Shown piece after piece: positions 35,701-50,200 of a stretch of 64,000 nucleotides of DNA (within the stretch, counting starts at the first letter, position 1; the number at the start of each line of letters is the position of its first letter). The notes under the pieces are model-generated. The model did not search any database, had not been told where the DNA came from, and worked only from the letters and a program-made list of their open reading frames with translations. The translations under genes were made by a program, and so were the position numbers. The DNA is taken from the NCBI GenBank assembly GCA_951406725.2, contig OX597819.1:30752001-30816000 (forward strand), in the 5' to 3' direction. This DNA comes from Octopus vulgaris. Taxonomy: Eukaryota.

Positions 35701-37899
35701 TGTCAAAAATTTGTACTGCACTGCCAAAGGTAAGTATGAAAATAAATATGTAAAAAAAATTAACACAAAATAGATTTCTGAGATGTTTCAGCTACACACA
35801 AACAGCCCTAGAGTTTTAGTATTATCGAGATATATTTTCCATTTTGTTTGATGACCTTTTGCTATCTTTCTGGCAACTTCATGATTTCATGCTCATAGAA
35901 CTTCTGGTCCTTATCAGCCAAAAACTGAAGCAATAGCAATTTCAGTTCATCATCATTATTGAAAGGTCTATCATTCAAAAAATTTTGCAAACTTTGAAAT
36001 AGATGGTAATCTGGTGGTGCAAGATCAGGGCTAATATGGTGCCTGCGTCATCACTTTCCAACCAAGCTCCAATAATTTTTCACGAGTTAACAAAGATGTG
36101 TGTGGTCTAGCGTTGTCACAGTGGAACACGTTTGCTTTACGATTTGCCAATTCTGGACGTTTTTCTTTGATTCCTTCCTCTAGTTTCATTAGTTGTTGAC
36201 AGTAAATATCTGAATTGATCGTTTGGTTTCGTGGAAGCAGCTCCTTTGTAACACAACACCTTTGTAATCCCACCAAATTGACAGCATGACCTTTTTTTGA
36301 TGCAATTCATTACGCTCGGACCATTATCGTTTTCAATTGATGTTATTGTAGACAATCCATTTTTTTAATCACGAGTGATGATTTGTTGTGTTGAGTGAAT
36401 CTCTTTCAATTTATGTGGAACCCAAATATTGAGCTTCTTAACAAATCCAAGACATTTTAAGTGATTTTCAATTGTTGTGTGATACATTTAACCTCTCTTC
36501 AATCTCTCACACAATTATATGACAACCAGATTCAATTATGGCTTTGATTCTGTCATCATCAACTTCAGTAGGTCGACCAGAACATTGGTCATCTTTAAGT
36601 GAAAATTCTCCAGATCGGAATTTTTAAAACCATTTCTGGCGTGCGTTCTGTTAAGCAGTTAACAACATAAACTTCACAAATCTCTTTGTGAGCCTCAGCA
36701 GCTTTCTTACCTTTACGGAACTAAAAAAACAAAATATGGCAAAAATGTTCATTTTTGCACTCCATGTTAAAATTGACACTGAACTAACAGCTGTAAACAA
36801 AATTACATGCAATTTGCTTCTAAAATAACCTAAAAGTAATGACTATCAAATGTCAAAATGAAAAAAATCATAACATTGTCAAAAATCATTCAAAAAAATT
36901 GTAATTATTTGTGAAAAACAAAATTACTTTCTTGCCAACCCAATATATATCCTTCATCCATCATCTTGAATTACATTTATTCACTTTCGTATGGCTACTT
37001 TTGTATCGCCTGCATTCCATGTATCGTTTGCTCTTGGTCCAATATTCTTTGGAACTCTCATGGGAAGCATGTCTTATCATTAATGGTATGAAACTAAGTA
37101 ATACCTATTTCTTTACTACCCACAAGGGGCTAAACACAGAGAGGACAGACAAACGGATTAAGTCGATTATATCGACCCCAGTGTGCAACTGGCACTTAAT
37201 TTATCGACCCCGAAAGGATGAAAGGCAAAGTCAACCTCAGCGGAATTTGAACTCAGAATGTAACAGCAGACGAAATACGGCTATGCATTTCGCCTGGCGT
37301 GCTAATGATTCTGCCAGCTCACCGCCTTAAGTAATACTATCTGCTTGATAACTGATGAAGAATTAGGGACGTTCTGTTTTTGTTTTCCCTCCACTTATGC
37401 ACTCAGTATATGTTTTTCTGTTCGTCTGTGCATTCAAGTATAATTCAATTCAAATATATATAACATAGAGATACACTTACCTAATAACCGATCCAGTGGT
37501 TCAATATCAAAAAGAAAAAATTTTCAGACCTATGTTCCAAATTTTTGACCAAGTAATAATATATTAAACCTATGTTCCAAACTTTTGGTCACAACTGTGT
37601 GTGTGTGCGTGCATGCATGCATGTATCGAGACAGATGAGTGACAACCTGGCCACTGGTGGTGGTGAAACACACCATACTAATCATATCTGTCGGGCATGT
37701 GGAAGAGAGTGTAATTTGGCAGGAGGACTTAAACGACATGCAAAGGTACATGAAGCCCCTGTACAAGACATTGTAGATCTTTAGCTGGGCTAAAAAGTCA
37801 CATTCAATCACAGCACCAGTAACAGTTAAGCTTCGTGCAATGGCCATACTCGATAACGAGGGGGCAGCCATAATAATAATGTATGTATGTATATATGTA

Positions 37900-37953
<54 letters not shown>

Positions 37954-38558
37954 AACAAATGTGTGATCTGGGAGCTTGCACTAAGCTTTTGTTAGTTGTT
38001 TTAAGTGCTTATTTAGCTGCAAACAGAAATTTTGGAAGCTGGAGAGAAAGAGAGATGTACCAGCAGTTGAGTAGTTCTCATTTTCAGCTGAGTAGAGTGG
38101 CAAAGGACAAAATACACTGAAAGGACCAGAAATTGAACCCATAACCTTATCATAGTGAGCCTACTCACATGCACAAATGAGTACATATGTGTGTGTGGGT
38201 GTGTATGCATATGTATGTAAAGCAAAAGTAAGAAAATAAACTTACAATTTTAATTCCTGTTGAGAACTGTGTAGTTGCAGCTTTGGGTACACCTGAGGTA
38301 GGTTCTATCAAATCTTTATGTGATGCCATTATAAACTGCGCAGGTAGGTCAGATGACATCTACAAAAGAAAACAAGTTTTTATCAATAATTTATAAGGAT
38401 ATATTTATAGTAAACAAACTTAGAAGTGCTGAATGGGTCAGTATTCTAGAGAAAATAAAGGAATTCTTGACTGCAGATAGGCTGTGACAACAGCTTACAA
38501 AAATTGGGTAAGGACCCTAAGAAGATGGTAAAAAGTGACCAGGAAGCCTCTACAGAGA

Positions 38559-38594
<36 letters not shown>

Positions 38595-41219
38595 CCATGT
38601 GCTTAAGAATTTTGTATAACATCTATGTAGTTCCAGGTTTGATAATCCTAATCCTAATCTAACTTCAGGTTGAACTGGCAGAATTGGTAGCACATGAAAT
38701 AAAATGCTTAGTAGCTTTTCTTCCAGTTCTTTACAAACTGAGTGTAAATTCCACCAAGGTCAACTTTGCTTTTCATCCTTTCTAAGTCAATAAAATAAAT
38801 ACCACTGAAGTTGATGTAATCATTTATAGCCCTTCCCTAAAAATTGCTGGCCTTGTGCAACAATTATTATTAAGGTGGCGAGCTGGCAGAATCATTAGAA
38901 CGCCAGGCAAAATGCTGAGCAGCATTTCATCCATTCTTTTACTTGTTTCAGTCATTTGACTGTGGCCATGCTGGGGTCATCTTTACATTCTGAGTTCAAA
39001 TTCTGCTGAGGTCAACTTCGTCTTTCATCCTTTCAGGGTTGATAAACAAAATACCAATGAAACACTGGGATCGATGTAATCGATTAATCCCCAACCACAA
39101 AATTTCAGGCCTTGTGCCTTTAGTAGAAAGGATTATTATTATTATTATTATTAATTAATTAATTTTGTATCTATATCAAATCTTTCTGTTATTTAACACT
39201 ATTTTGGGATCTTTTCGGTTTGAACGGCAGTTTTTAACATAATTTCTAGGTAACTAAAAAATTTTAAACTTCGTATACTGATAGAATGTGTTTATAAAAC
39301 ATCTTTTTCTTTTGGCTTTATTGAGAAAATTCTATAGTTTGTAAGATATTTGTTGTTTTTTTTCATCAATTTCTGCAATTTCAACCAATCACTAACGTCT
39401 ACTGAGGTAAAAACATTCTGTGCCGTATGAATATGTCCCTCGTTTAAGAAACAGATTGGGTTTATTTACATTTGTGAAGAAAAAAAGATACCCTTCCTCC
39501 TACCCCTAACCCTAAAACAGATTGAAATGCAATAGATCGATACTAGGGTCATAATTATGGGTGACAATTTCATATGACACCGCTAGAAAAAACTGCCGTT
39601 CAAACTGAAAAGATCCCAATTTTGTATATTAAATCATTTAAACAAGGGAAATCCAATAGTGGACAAAACAGTTCATGGTTTAGACCATTCGATAGTCCTA
39701 GACAGGGAATTCGGATAATGGGTAAACAAGTAGAGGACTCACTGCCTGGACTGTACTATAGTCATGAGGAGTGAGTTGGTTCTATATTCAGTTTTGTTTA
39801 TTATAAAAGGCCTTTTTCAGACTATGAACTGGGAGAATTGTTAGCAGACAGGACAAAATACTTGGTAGAATCTCTTCCAGCTCCTTATGGTCAGAGTTCA
39901 AATTCTGCTGAGATCGACATTGTCTTTCAAACTTTTGGGGTCAATAAAATAAGTACCTGTTGAGTACTGGGTCAATGTAATTGTACTCTTCCCTTAAAAT
40001 TGCTGGCTTTGTGCCAAAATTTGAAACCATTATAAAAGGCCTTTTTAGTATTATTTAGCTTGTCCCTTTGATTTCAGAAATTTATGACACACACAAGCTG
40101 GAATAGCTTTATCCAAATATTTCTGTATAATAGAAGTTATGTTAAACAATCATCAAGTACCAGATTGTTGGTGTATCTTCCAAAACAATTTGTGCTCATT
40201 CTAAGACTTCCAGAAGTTTATTTTTTTTATTTGTCAAGACATGGAGTGATCTGGATTCCTTGTTTTTAGACACAAAATGGCATCAGAAAGTTCCCACACT
40301 AGTTCTATAGCATGCCAACAGCTGGCAGCACACAGTCATGTGTGCAGTGAGAGCTAACAGTGATCTTCGTGAGGCACTGTGTTTACTTCACAAGTTGTGA
40401 AATTTGTGTTTTGTGATCCTGTGTATGCTGCAGTCTGCGATTTTGTCATGGACAGGAAGCTAGAACAAAGAGCTATCGGGAAATTTTGCGTTAAACTTGG
40501 GAAGTCTGCTACAGAGACATTGAGCATGCTTTGGTAAGCTTACAGCCATGAGGTAATGGGTCATAATGTTTTGAGTGGCAAGATAAAAATGCAGCTGAAA
40601 GGTCACTGTTTTAACACTTATCGAGACCAAGAGTGAATCACAGGAGGTCCTTGACTCACTTACACAAAAGGATTTCTAGGCTGGATTCCAAAAGTGGCAG
40701 GAATGCTGGGACTGATGTATTGCTGTGAAAGGTGACAATGTCAAAGGAGATGATGTTAAAAGTTTATTAAATGAGTTATTTTTTTATTAAACATAACATA
40801 TCCAGGAACTGTTTGATATCACCTCACGATTTCAGAACACAATGACTAATATCTACAAATTACTCAGGAAGTTTACAGAAGAATTTATATACTTTGAATA
40901 CTTTTGGAAGCTTTTACGAAATTTTAAAATATTCTTCATTTATTGAGACAATCAATAATGCGTTATACATGATGATTGTATAAATACTATCAGTTGGTGT
41001 AGACACGTAATGGATTCTATGTTTCTGTTGCTATTCAGTACCACATTAACCACAACAACACTAGCCTTAACTAGGCAGCCTTGTACTAATCCTTGAACCC
41101 AGGAAATTAATACAGAATATTAGTTGGATTCCTACTTTTACACTATTGAAAACAAAATAGCTGCACTAATCTTGATAGCTTTGTAAATCTTAGATATTTG
41201 CACACACACACACACACAC

Positions 41220-41261
<42 letters not shown>

Positions 41262-44200
41262 TCATCATTTAACGTCTGCTTTCCATGCTAGCATGGGTTG
41301 GACGATTTTGACTGATGGCTGGCAAGCAAGGAGGCCACACCAGGCCCCAATCTGATCTGGCAGAGTTTCTACAGTTGGATGCCCTTCCTAACGCCAACCA
41401 CTCCAAGAGTGTAGTGAGTGCTTTTTACGTGCCACCAGCATGGGGGCCAGTCAGGCGGTACTGGCAATGACCTCGCTCAAATCTTTTTACATGTGCCAGT
41501 GAAGCGACGTTGGTAACGATCACGCTCGAATGGTGCCCTTTTACGTGCCACGGGTACAGAAGCCAGTTGGCTGCTCTGGCAACGATCATGCTCGGATGGT
41601 GTTCTTGGCACCTTACTATATATATATATAACTTTTACAAGAAGAGTGACACTGACTTTGAAGTTTCAGCTTGCTAACTTTTGTCAAAGACAAGCAAGCC
41701 AAAACTTTGAAATCAATGTTATGGCTCTTCTGGCAAAAGTTTAATAAACATGTACTCTACTAAAAAGTATTGAGTAATCTTTCAGTTTAATGTTAAATTG
41801 TTTTTATAAGTAACTTGACATAAAAGCAAACATTGTTTGTTTGTATGTATGTACGTATGCGTGTGTGTGCATGCATGCGTGTGTGTGTGTCACAATATAC
41901 AGATTCGAGTAATCCAGTAGAATTCATAAAAAAAGGCTCCTTCATGTATCTTTCTATAAAAAATATAGAATATATGGTATGATACACAAAATCAAAATCG
42001 AAATCGATCAACATCAATGGAATTTGTAGCTGTGATACCAGTGCCGGTGGCACATAAGAGAACCATCCGAACGTGGCCGTTGCCAGCGACGCCCCGACTG
42101 GCCTCTGTGCCGGTAGCATGTAAAAAGCACCATCCAATCGTGGCCTTTACCAGCCTCGCCTGGCCTCCGTGCCAGTGGCACGTAAAAAGCACCATCCGAT
42201 CGTGGCCGTTTGCCAGCCTCGTCTGGCACGTAAAAAGCACCCACTACACTCACGGAGTGGTTGGCATTAGGAAGGGCATCCAGCCGTAGAAACGTTGCCA
42301 GATCAGACTGGGCCTGGTGCAGCCTTCTGGCTTCCCAGACCCCAGGTGAACCGTCCAACCCATGGTAGCATGGAAAGCGGACGCTAAATGATGCTGAAAT
42401 AGTTTGATGAAATTTTGATTAACAATAAGAAAATTCTAATATCATGACAAATTGTTTCATAACTTAAAAACATGTAAGTAATTTATATTATTAAATTTAA
42501 TAATAAATAAATTACATGTCTGCACTAATGCAATCTTTCAAAATAATGCAGAATTTCAGGTATATCCTCAGGTGAAAGAAAGTCAGTTACAAAACCATTT
42601 GGCATAACATTAGAATTTTCTTATTGTTAAATAAAATTTTATCAAACTATTTCTCTGTCATCTATGACTTTATATATCAGAATATGCATCTTTACACTAA
42701 TATCCAATCTATATTTTGGAAGTGATATCATTTTTCACAGTTAGGTGTCTCACAACTGCAAAGGTGAAACAGTAGTTCTTTTACAATTCAGTCGATAGAA
42801 TAGTTTATCTCGTCTAAAACATAATGTAACTCAACAATGACCTAGGGTTTTAATTCAACAATTATCTTGGTCTATGATTAAACAATTATCGAAGTCTCTA
42901 ACTTAGAAGCTTTCAACAATGCTACAAAATAATCCAACATCAATACTTTTATAAAATAACAAACTCATTGTTTCAAATAAACAGAATATTAATGAAACTC
43001 TAAAGTAACTTACAAGTTCATCCAAAAGTAGTTCCTTGTTTTTTCTTTTGAGCTGTTTTTCTTTTTGCTCAGTTTCAAAAGTTTCTTTTAACCGTTTTTC
43101 GGTATTCTGAATCTCTTCATCCAATAACATGTCTAAGTATTCTTCATCTTGGCTCTGGAAGTAACAAACAAAACAAAAATCAACACTTTCTATAATTGAC
43201 ACCGCAAATAATTATGTTGTAATGGTGTCTAGTTTGTACCAAATTATGTTAGGGAGTGGGTCAAATCTCTCCCTAGGCATTGATCAAGTTTATTTTCTCT
43301 AAGGACAAAGTATAGAGGAAAGAGGCATACTCTTGAATTTCCTATGTATTTCCAGACTGGTGAGGTTGATTTGAATAATGTTTTTTTTTCTTTTTAGTAA
43401 TTCCAAGTTGATAAGTGAAGGAAAGACAGAGAAAGGCGCAGGAGTGGCTGAGTGGTAAGTAGCTTGTTTACCAACCACACGGTTCCGGGTTCAGTCCCAC
43501 TGCGTGGCACCTTAGGCAAGTGTCTTCTACTATAGCCTCGGGCCGACCAAAGCCTTGTGAGTGGATTTGGTAGACGGAAACTGAAAGAAGTCCGTCGTAT
43601 ATATGTATATATATATATATATGCGTGTGTGTGTGTTTGTGTGTCTGTGTTTGTCCCCCTAGCATTGCTTGACAACCGATGCTGGTGCGTTTATGTCCCC
43701 GTTACTTAGCGGTTCGGCAAAAGAGACCGATAGAATAAGTACTGGGCTTACAAAAGAATAAGTCCCGGGGTCGAGTTACTCGATTAAAGGCGGTGCTCCA
43801 GCATGGCCACAGTCATATGACTGAAACAAGTAAAAGAGTAAAGAATTCCAGAGAAGTCCATCAAGAGAAGAATGACAAGGTATAATGGTTAATGTGAAGT
43901 TAAGGTGGGGGTGAGAGTCAATCAATGAGTCAGGGGGAATGATAGCAGTTAACTCTGGAGAGCAGAAACCATTGCAGAAGAAGTAGCAGTGTAAAGAGAC
44001 AGTATATTTGATGAATAAAGGTAATTTGCCCATAAGAGGAATTCAAGTCAATATTGCAAGCCTGTTGATTCCTCATAACTATTATGGCTTACATCAGTAA
44101 ACTAAGCTACTTCCAATGTCTGTGAACATACAGAATCATTCAAACAAGAGGATAAATGAATATGTATAGACATATATATATATATATATACACACACAAA

Positions 44201-47041
44201 CATACATAGAGGAGACCCCCTTCGGTCATGAATGACCATGGGATTGCACCTAGAAAGTTACCCTCCGAGGCACAAGTCCGGGCAAGGTTTTTTATGGAAG
44301 ACCAGCAGTCGCCCATGCATACCAGCCTCCCCTCTCCATGCCACTGATGTTATCCAAGGGAAAGGCAAAGGGGCTGATACAGCTTGGCACCAGTGACATC
44401 GCAACTCATTTCTACAGTTGAGTGAACTGAAGCAACGTGAAATAAAGTGTCTTGCTCAAGAACACAACACGCAGCCCAGTCCGAGAATCGAACGCACAAC
44501 CTCACGATCGTAAGCTCGACGCTCTAACCACTGAGCCATGTGCCTTCACATAGAATGTATATACATGTGCCATACATAGAATGTATATACATGCACAACA
44601 AAGAATCCAATATTGTTAATCATACAAGGATTCAAATTTTTTCCACTAGTGTATATAACTAAAAATTCTCATAGTATTGCCAAAACAAAATGATATAAAA
44701 TTCATTGATATTTACCACTTTTGATCGATTCTTCATTATTTGTTCCTTGTTATCTTTGCGATAGTTTTCAATTTGCCTTTTTGTTGTTTCGATATCAATA
44801 TTGTTGCTCATGTTATAAACTAGAAAATTAATATATAACCACTAATAATACAATATCACTAACGAGAGAGGAAATATGTAAGCATTTTCCTAAAAGCTGC
44901 AAGAAATCAAGCTGTACTTAATCTTATCTTACTATATAATAAAACAGAAGGGGTGTGTGTGTGTGTACAGGCCTTTCTCTTGATCCCCCTTAACCCTTTC
45001 GTTACCATATTTATTTTGATACGCTCTGTGTTTCTTTCAATTACTTTAAATATAACAAAGAATTTAGTAAAATAACTTAGTTATCATTCAGCTAGTGTTA
45101 GGAACATAAATTGTGACTAAGGTTTGGTGGAAGATTTTAATTCAAAACTTATGACAACAAGACATTTATACTCAGAGCCAGAGCCAGTTTCAGCCGGGTT
45201 GGTAACGAATTCTTGAGCAAAATACTTCCTTTCCCATTGCTCCAGTACACTTAGCTGTAAATGAGACCCAGCTGGGACGTTAACCCTCCAATAGACTGGC
45301 ATCCCATTCAGAGGGAAATCTTGTAAATTCAGCCAATTATATCACATGGACGCCAGATAAAGCTCTGGCTTTATGAGTCCTATGACTCAAGACAGATCTC
45401 AGTGATTAAATTCTGTTCTTATTTTACAGCTTTGTATAACTATTTTACTGTAATCAACAGTTAATTTCAGAAGCTAAAGACTGGTCTAATCACTTTGATA
45501 TTAACAATATGCTGTAAGAGATGAAGAATTAATGAAAAGTGAACAAGGAAAGTGAGATAAATTATCATCATTTAAATAATCTATTTTCCCAGGCTAATAT
45601 TGCTTGGAGAGGTCTGCAATATGACAAAGTGTAAGAAGCAGTTCTAAGCAATATGATGGTACATATTTTTCATGTGAGTATTAATTGCAGCAAGTCTATG
45701 AATCATCATCATCATCGTTTAACGATGCAGGGAATTTTATCAGAATAACTTAGTTATCATTCAGCTAGTGTTAGGAACATAAATTATGACTAAGGTTTGG
45801 TGGAAGATTTTTATTCAAAACTTATGAAAACAAGACATTTGTACTCAGAGCCAGAGCCGGTTTCAGCCAGGTTGATAATGAAAGGATTAAGAATGGTAAT
45901 GATAATTCAGTAAAAATTTACATGAAATATATTTTGCAACAAAACAGAAACTGATTAATTAGTGCTGGACTATTATGGATCAATAACCTATAGATTAAAA
46001 TTTTCCTAAAATCATTGCCGTGCATTTCATGAGACTTCATTCAACGTAACCAAATGAAATAAATATCATTCCTATCTCCAATTAAACCAGAACATTGGCT
46101 GAAACAAATTTCCACCATATTCAAAATCAGTGGTAAAAAAATTTTCATATAAAAAAAAATCTAAGCAAAACGTCAAAATAATATTTTTAAGGTATCAATT
46201 ACAACTAAATAAAAAAATTTAAGCTGAATAAAACTTACTTAGAGTTTCTACCATTTCTAAATAATCGTTGTATTCATTTAAGGAGGAGAAGTCAGACTCT
46301 CTCTGGTTGAAGCTGAAATTTAAACGAGACAAAGAAACAAAAAATGAAAGATCTCAAAGCATACCGCTTTAATTTCCTAAATTCAACATTTATTTATTTA
46401 TTTCATTTATTGACAAGCAAATGGAGGGACTGACAGACAGATATATATACATATACAGTAATGCCTTGATATATGAGTTAATTTGTTTCTAGACACCACT
46501 CGTAAAGCACAAACTCATAAAGCAGAGCAATAATTTCCCATAGTAGCAATGATATAAATCGTAATTCGTTTCCAGAAAAATATTTTACTTATAAAATTTA
46601 CAATACTCATAAATAAATGGCAATAAAACAACAGTAGAATGCAAAAGATATTCTATGTAAAAGTAAAAAGAATGTCAAGAAATAAGTGCAAATTTTACCG
46701 GTGAGTATATTAAATTATAAGGCACAAAAAGAAAATGACTCTCCCCAGACACAACAGAATGTCAAGATCATTTATAATAAAAAATGTTATTATTATAACA
46801 ATTTTCTGAATCACTTTCACTCACATTAGACTTACACACCATCACGTGTAGATTTCTTTTTAAAAAACAAGTCTAGAGTTGTTTGCTTTTTTCCACTCTC
46901 TATAAATTTCTTGGTAACATGCAGAAACATTTATGGTAGTAAAAACTTTTACACTTCATTCAAAATTTGGAACTTGTGCTTGAAAAATAAAATTCGTAAA
47001 CACAGGGTCTCATAAAGCAGTTCCTCATAAAGTGAGGTATT

Positions 47042-47077
<36 letters not shown>

Positions 47078-47180
47078 CTTCGATTAGAGATTGTGTTAAC
47101 CTCATGACGGGATGGTTTCATTCAAGGAAATACTGGTTTAATACCTACTATTTTTGGGGAATTAATTTCCTTAAAATAAT

Positions 47181-47216
<36 letters not shown>

Positions 47217-50200
47217 ATATAGTTTATATTCATATAAAAGAAGAAAAAGAAAATGGAGATTGGGAAGCTAATGATGATGGAAGCACTCCGTCGGTTACGA
47301 CGACGAGGGTTCCGGTTGATCCGAATCAACGGAACAGCCTGCTCGTGAAATTAACATGTAAGTGGCTGAGCACTCCACAGACACGTGTACCCTTAACGTA
47401 GTCCTCGGGGATATTCAGCGTGACACAGAGAGTGACAAGGCCGGCCCTTTGAAATACAGGTACAACAGAAACAGGAAGAAAGAGTGAGAGAAAGTTGTGG
47501 TGAAAGAGTACAGCAGGGATCACCCTCATCCCCTGCAGGAGACTCGTGGAGCTTTAGGTGTTTTCGCTCAATAAACAGGGAAGTTAATAATTATTTATTA
47601 TTAACAGCAAATTAATCATCATCCATAAACACATATAAAACATCCAAGAGTATATTTTTTTCCCCACCTCTGAAGATCATATGCTCAGGTCATATCATCA
47701 TCATCATCATCGTTTAGCGTCCGCTTTCCATGCTGGCATGGGTTGGGAAGCCAGAAGGCTGCACCAGGCATGGGTCTGGGAAGCCAGAAGGCTGCACCAG
47801 GCCCAGTCTGATCTGGCAATGTTTCTACGGCTGGATGCCCTTCCTAACGCCAACCACTCCATGAGTGTAGTGGGTGCTTTTTATAAATATTTGATATTTA
47901 CTAAATATCAAAAATACACCAATCCGACCGTGGCCGTTGCCAGCCTCGCCTGGCACCTGTGCAGGTGGCACGTAAAAAGCACCCACTACACTCACGGAGT
48001 GGTTGGCGTTAGGAAGGGCATCCAGCTGTAGAAACATTGCCAGATAAGACTAGAGCCTGGTGCAGCCTTCTGGCTTCCCAGATCCCCGGTCAAACCGTCC
48101 AACCCATGCTAGCATGGAGAACGGACGTTAAACGATGATGATGATTTAGCGAGTATTAATTGAAACAGCTGTAAGGGATGATGATTAAATTGCTGTTAAT
48201 AATAAACAATTATCAACTTCCAAATCTCCATTTTCTTTTTCTGATCATCAAAGTTTCAAATCTACAAGACAGTACATGGTTAATTCAAAACAATGTGAAT
48301 AAATAAGCATTACATTTGACAGAGTAATCTGAATATTAAAGGATTAAGTGCATTCAACTGAAAAGAAAAATATGACAGCTTTCATTACAAGAATGGATTA
48401 AAACCAAATGTATTTCTGTCACTATTATAAGTTGAAACATTAAATTTTAGTAACAGAATATGCTTCTTATGCTTCTGTGCCATTATCCCTACTTTCACTT
48501 TTACATTCCACATGTGTGGAATGTAAATGTAAGGTTTAAAGCTGAGGTATTTTCTGACAGTAATAAAGAAACTAAATTTTTCTAATACAACATTAACCTT
48601 AAGTAGATGGTATATATGTGTGTATATATGTGTCATGAAAGGTTATCAACAGAAGAAATATATATATATATGTGTGTATATATGTGTCATGAAAGGTTAT
48701 CAACAGAAGAAATATAACAACCACTTACTCTTTTAAAATCTTTTTTCTTATGTCTACTTCTTTTTCAATTGTGGAATCTTCAAAAAGTTGAACCCTAAAG
48801 TTGTTCCTTCGAAGTGCTGTATTGCACTCAGGACATGCACCAGAACCTCGTATAAATAGCAGATCAACACAGTTTTCACACCTGTCAATAAACATAAGCA
48901 AAAGCTAAACTAAAATTGATACAATGTTGTGTAAAATTTAATCCATTCATCTGTATATCATCATGCAGTTGTGAAACTCTTCTATAAAACAAGCTCTTTT
49001 GTAATAAGTCATTATCAACATACTTTGATAAAATTATCAATTGTTTTTTTTTTGACATCTGAGAATATTGTAGCAGAAAAATATTTTTTTCTTTGATTTC
49101 TGATCCAAATTACACCTCTTGCACAATCCAATCAAATTATCTCTCAATAGTTTCTCAGAATCGAAATCGATCAATGGAAATTGCAGATGTGTTACCAGTG
49201 CCGGTGGCATGTAAGAGAACCTTCCGTTTCGCGACCGTTGCCAGCGCCGCCCCGACTGGCCTCGTGCCGGTGGCACGTAAAAAGCACCATCCGTTCGTGG
49301 CCGTTTGCCAGCTCTGTCTGGCATGTAAAAAGCACCCACTACACTCACGGAGTGGTTGGCGTTAGGAAGGGCATCCAGCCGTAGAAACACTGCCAGATTT
49401 GACTGGGCCTGATGCAGCCTTCTGGCTTCACAGACCCCAGTTGAACCGTCCAACCCATGCTAGCATGGAAAACGGACGCTAAACGATGATGATGAAGGAG
49501 CCTGTATATATGATACTCAACTTGCTAGAAAAAGAGCCAATCTCCTTCAAATGACATTTTGTTGTTTTATACAAGAAAGGAGACCTTTGGTAATGCAATC
49601 CTACTTGCACTATATCTGGAAAAAAGAGTGGATGACCACTACTTTGACTAGGGTTTAAACAACGGCGACTAGAATGTGGTTTAGCTGCCAACGCATGGCC
49701 TGCAAAGCTACCATCATGAAAGCAAAAGAATACTTTCTGCAAACTTTCCAGCCAACTAAATTGCAACAGATTTTGCTGGCCCTTTAAGCAAAGGAGTCTC
49801 AACCAACCAAACAGCAACGATAAAACTGCCAGAGCTTGCAATTACTCCAAGTCAACAATTGTCTGAGCACTGCATCCTTCAAAACTTCCATGCTTCCTGA
49901 GATTCGCCAACACTACACTTGATTTTCTCCCCTCCATACACACACAAGCATATATCTGACTTATACATTGTTCGCTTTCCAGACATTTCTACATTACTGC
50001 ATGTACTTTATATGCACTTTCTGACAAGTTGTGGTGCACCTGAGCACTGTATACAATTTTAATATTATTATTATATTATATTATTACAACGTCCTGATGT
50101 TATCCATTTACCATCCTCAAACATCGCACTCTGATGATTTCTCACAGTAATCCCACATATATGTGGGTAGGGTTAAAGCTATAGACCCTAAACTCACCTG

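Noticed and set aside
37351-37380. gataaCTGATGA possible hammerhead start
   Set aside because: No downstream GAAA or stem III found.
48612-48716. Tandem duplication of about 52 bp near the MNAT1 exon 2 donor
   Set aside because: Simple slippage-type duplication that does not include the splice site.
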